A stretch of DNA of 63,285 bases, counting the filler, from Guillardia theta CCMP2712 (Eukaryota > Protista > Cryptophyta), in NCBI RefSeq assembly GCF_000315625.1. It is 3 parts of 3 records of this genome, joined end to end, with 100 filler letters (N's around TTAATTAATTAA, not from the genome) between each part and the next. Parts side by side here need not be neighbours in the genome. Positions count along the whole stretch, not along the records: positions 54,242 to 63,285 come from NW_005434432.1; 2 more parts are not named here. One strand, written 5' to 3'. The translations under genes and the position numbers were made by a program. The notes below the pieces were generated by a model, which did no database searches, was not told the DNA's origin, and was given only the letters and a program-made list of their open reading frames with translations. The first letter of the stretch is position 1. Each line of letters begins with the position of its first letter. Shown in pieces: positions 60,909-63,285 of the stretch.

Positions 60909-61470
60909 GGTTAATCAATGTTTTAATGTTCAAAATGCCAGGCCAAATTTCAAGATCCCACTGACATGTCTCTCAACTTGTGCCGTGGCGACTGGCCTGT
61001 GGAAAAAATTCAAATCCCTGAAATAGGGATGGGTGGGGAACAGGGGGGACTACCCTACCCCCTATTTGTGAAAGCACTAGCAGAAAAGGACCCGGTGACT
61101 TCATTCTTGTACTAAACCCAGAAACACAGTACACAATGAATTTGAATCAGGCACAAAATATTTTCGAACCTTAGTATTGAATTTCTAAGTCTTTTCTACT
61201 GTGTTTCCAATTTATATTTATTTTATGATTATCCGTATCCTTCTAAAACGTTTTCGCAGCCTTAAAACATGTCGTCTGTTAAAAGTTTCGAGGGGAGTGG
61301 GGTGGTCTTGAAGGTTACCGCCCATGACAATTCAAATACCCCACCCCCTATTACTAGATGATAATGGGGGTAAAAGGGTGCTTCTGTGCGAGGGTAAGTA
61401 CCCGTATATGAGCAGTCAAAAGTACCGGTCATTGAAAGCGCTAATCAGTAATCCTGGAATTTCATATACC

Positions 61471-63285
61471 GGTGCAGCCCCCTGAATCCCAATATGCGGC
61501 GCCCGCTTTGTGGCGGCAGCGGACGTCTCGACTGACAGTGGTCAGTCGGCTGCCTCCGGGTATCGCGTGCTCGCAAGAGGGCAAGCTTGCGCCTTCAGTG
61601 ATGCTCCCATCAAAGTAGTCGCGACTCGCACGTCCCTCGATTGCATCGAAGAGAGCCTGGCGGTCGAGGGAGTTGAAGGCGTTCTTTGCATCCAAACTCA
61701 CCAGCACTGTGGGGTTGGCAACATCCTCATCATCACCGCGAGCGTGAAGGGGCAGGAGCGCTGACGCGGTTTGCGAGAACTTCAGACAGCCGTCTCGATC
61801 GAGTCCGAACTGAATCGCTCGAGGGTGAGACGAGAGGAAGTGCTGGTCAAGAAATGAGCGAATCGCTGCCAAAGCAAGCTTCGTCGCGAGTCGACGGTGT
61901 GCAGAACCGATGACAATTGGCCGGAGACCAGGTTTATCAGCTCCCTTGGAGAGGGGAATAAATCTGCCTCCTCGACGAATGGCTGACAGGGCAGGAATAA
62001 GAAGATCCGGCATCCGGCCAAGAAGGACCCCTTGGAGGATATGTTTGCAGTAGAGCTTCAAAGCTGCAGGATGACTAGAAAGGGGTGACAGGTGTTGCCG
62101 AATCCTCCACCCTTGGTCATCGGTCCCCGCAAAGGAGCTGTAGCGCTTGATTGCCTGGATCAGGCTAGTGGTGTCGAGGATGTCAGTCAAATCCACCTGC
62201 AGTACTGCAAGCGCTTGCTGGGTGAGATGATCCGCGGAAGCACTTCCAAAGGCAGGCGACGCACCATCAGGGAACTTCTCTTGTGCTTCAGCAAGAAGAT
62301 CAGCGAAAGATTCAGCCCTGTAGATGCCGGAGCTCAGTAGTGTCCGTACCGCCCGATGAAGGTCACCCGCAGTGAACTGATGAATCGCCAACTGTCTTTG
62401 GCGCTCGCTCGCAGAGGTGAGGGACAGTGCGAATGTCCTGCCTGACGAGGATGATCAACCTGACCTTGCTGATGCCGACCCTGATTCTGCTACGGATGTG
62501 CCCCCGGTTCCACCTATGGCGACCTCAGATTGGCCGAAGGGCTTGCAGTGGTTGATGTCCAACCTCCGAGTCTTCCTCTATATTCATGAGCGCTTTCGTC
62601 CTCATGTCACTGCGTCTCACCTGTTTGGTGAGACTGCAGAGCTTTGGCTGACTTGTCTTGTGTCTTTGCTGCAATTCATCGATCGATATGATCCTTCCTC
62701 GTCCAGCTATCAGACCCTTGTTCTGCTCTTTGAGCACCTTCCCGCCTTACTGCTTCCCGTACCCAACTCTGCCAATGGTCCTACTACCAAGGACGCTATT
62801 ATCAAGCGCCAGTGCCGACGTTTCTTGAAGGGTGAATGGAAAGCTCTTTTCAAGCGCTATCTGCCTGCCATGATGGGAAGAGAGAGCAGGAGGAATAGTG
62901 GATTTACTGGCAGAAGGTAAAAAGTGCCTCAAGCAAAACAAAGCAGGATCAAGCTAAACCTCCAGGCACACAGCGCACAGCGAGAAGCTGCACAATCACA
63001 CACAAAACACAAGCCCGAAAAGAACCAGCAGACCCGGCACCGCCAGCCCAAGCGCGAAGCCGCGCAGACAAGCAGCCTAAGGGTCAGGCAATCAAGCAAC
63101 AAGCAGCAGGAGCATGAAGGAGGAATAAAATCCCTTAGACGCGATACCCGGAGGCAGCCGACTGACCACGGGCGGCCGCGGATGGAGAAAGGGCAGCCGC
63201 CGACAAGGAGCCGGCGTTGCCCGGGGGTCCGCCTGGGGCAGCGGACGGAGGGAGGCTGGACACAGGAACACGGTACCGCTCGAGG
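61471..63285. mobile_element. Scrambled CRE-clade retrotransposon pieces in alternating orientation
   Basis: Minus 61570-62410: FIPLSK..GLRPIVIG..RRL..QFGL..SLDAKNAFNSLDR (RT N-half). Plus 62417-62870: pre-RT region LPALLL..RRFLKGEW. Minus 62900-63285: ORF end (..GYRV*) and 3' UTR. Confidence 0.82.

Larger units (their letters stand above)
56674..61470. mobile_element. Two-gene RAG1/Transib-like DNA transposon embedded among retrotransposon fragments (ends approximate)
   Basis: A block visibly more AT-rich than its flanks, between two pieces of CRE RT. It holds a transposase and a convergent ORF. TIR/TSD not resolved, and there are two N gaps on the left side. Confidence 0.7.

Noticed and set aside
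61125-61161. RSS-like heptamer/nonamer (CACAGTA/CACAATG…ACAAAATA)
   Set aside because: Spacers are 21 or 14 nt rather than 12/23, and the orientation points away from the transposase, so it is not called as a TIR.
54242-63285. CRE fragments as the autonomous partner of the telomeric element
   Set aside because: The 3' UTRs and tails share no visible similarity (…CAGTAAATCC-TAT versus …AAACTCACA-(TAA)n), and the CRE pieces are not joined to telomeric repeats.

Overview
Eukaryotic nuclear DNA from a chromosome end. (CCCTAAA)n tracts near the left edge put the terminus to the left. The ~45-55 nt GT-AG introns, GAG/CTC-rich introns, a TTTAGGG telomere and an LRxRGG-type presequence suggest a cryptophyte alga such as Guillardia or Hanusia (inference). 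There are three zones. (1) 1-5432: a head-to-tail array of a ~2.7-kb element inserted into telomeric repeats. It carries a single ORF with RRM-like segments, no visible RT, and a (TAA)n tail. (2) ~7.1-42.7 kb: gene-dense host DNA encoding RPN3, TEX10/IPI1, PGAP3/PER1, a pentapeptide-repeat protein, an HTH protein, RanBP9/10, a SET-MYND protein, a zf-PARP-RAD16-like helicase, a presequence-bearing RPS18 and TIMELESS. (3) ~43-63 kb: gene-poor DNA with many unrelated satellites, a Ty3/gypsy relic, decayed intronless virus-like ORFs and scrambled CRE-clade non-LTR fragments. Embedded among those fragments is an apparently intact 820-aa RAG1/Transib-like DDE transposase with a LysM-like insert, facing a BAH-like partner ORF tail-to-tail. 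That transposon and the telomeric array are the best candidates for undescribed systems. All homology calls come from motifs recognised by eye; no searches were run.
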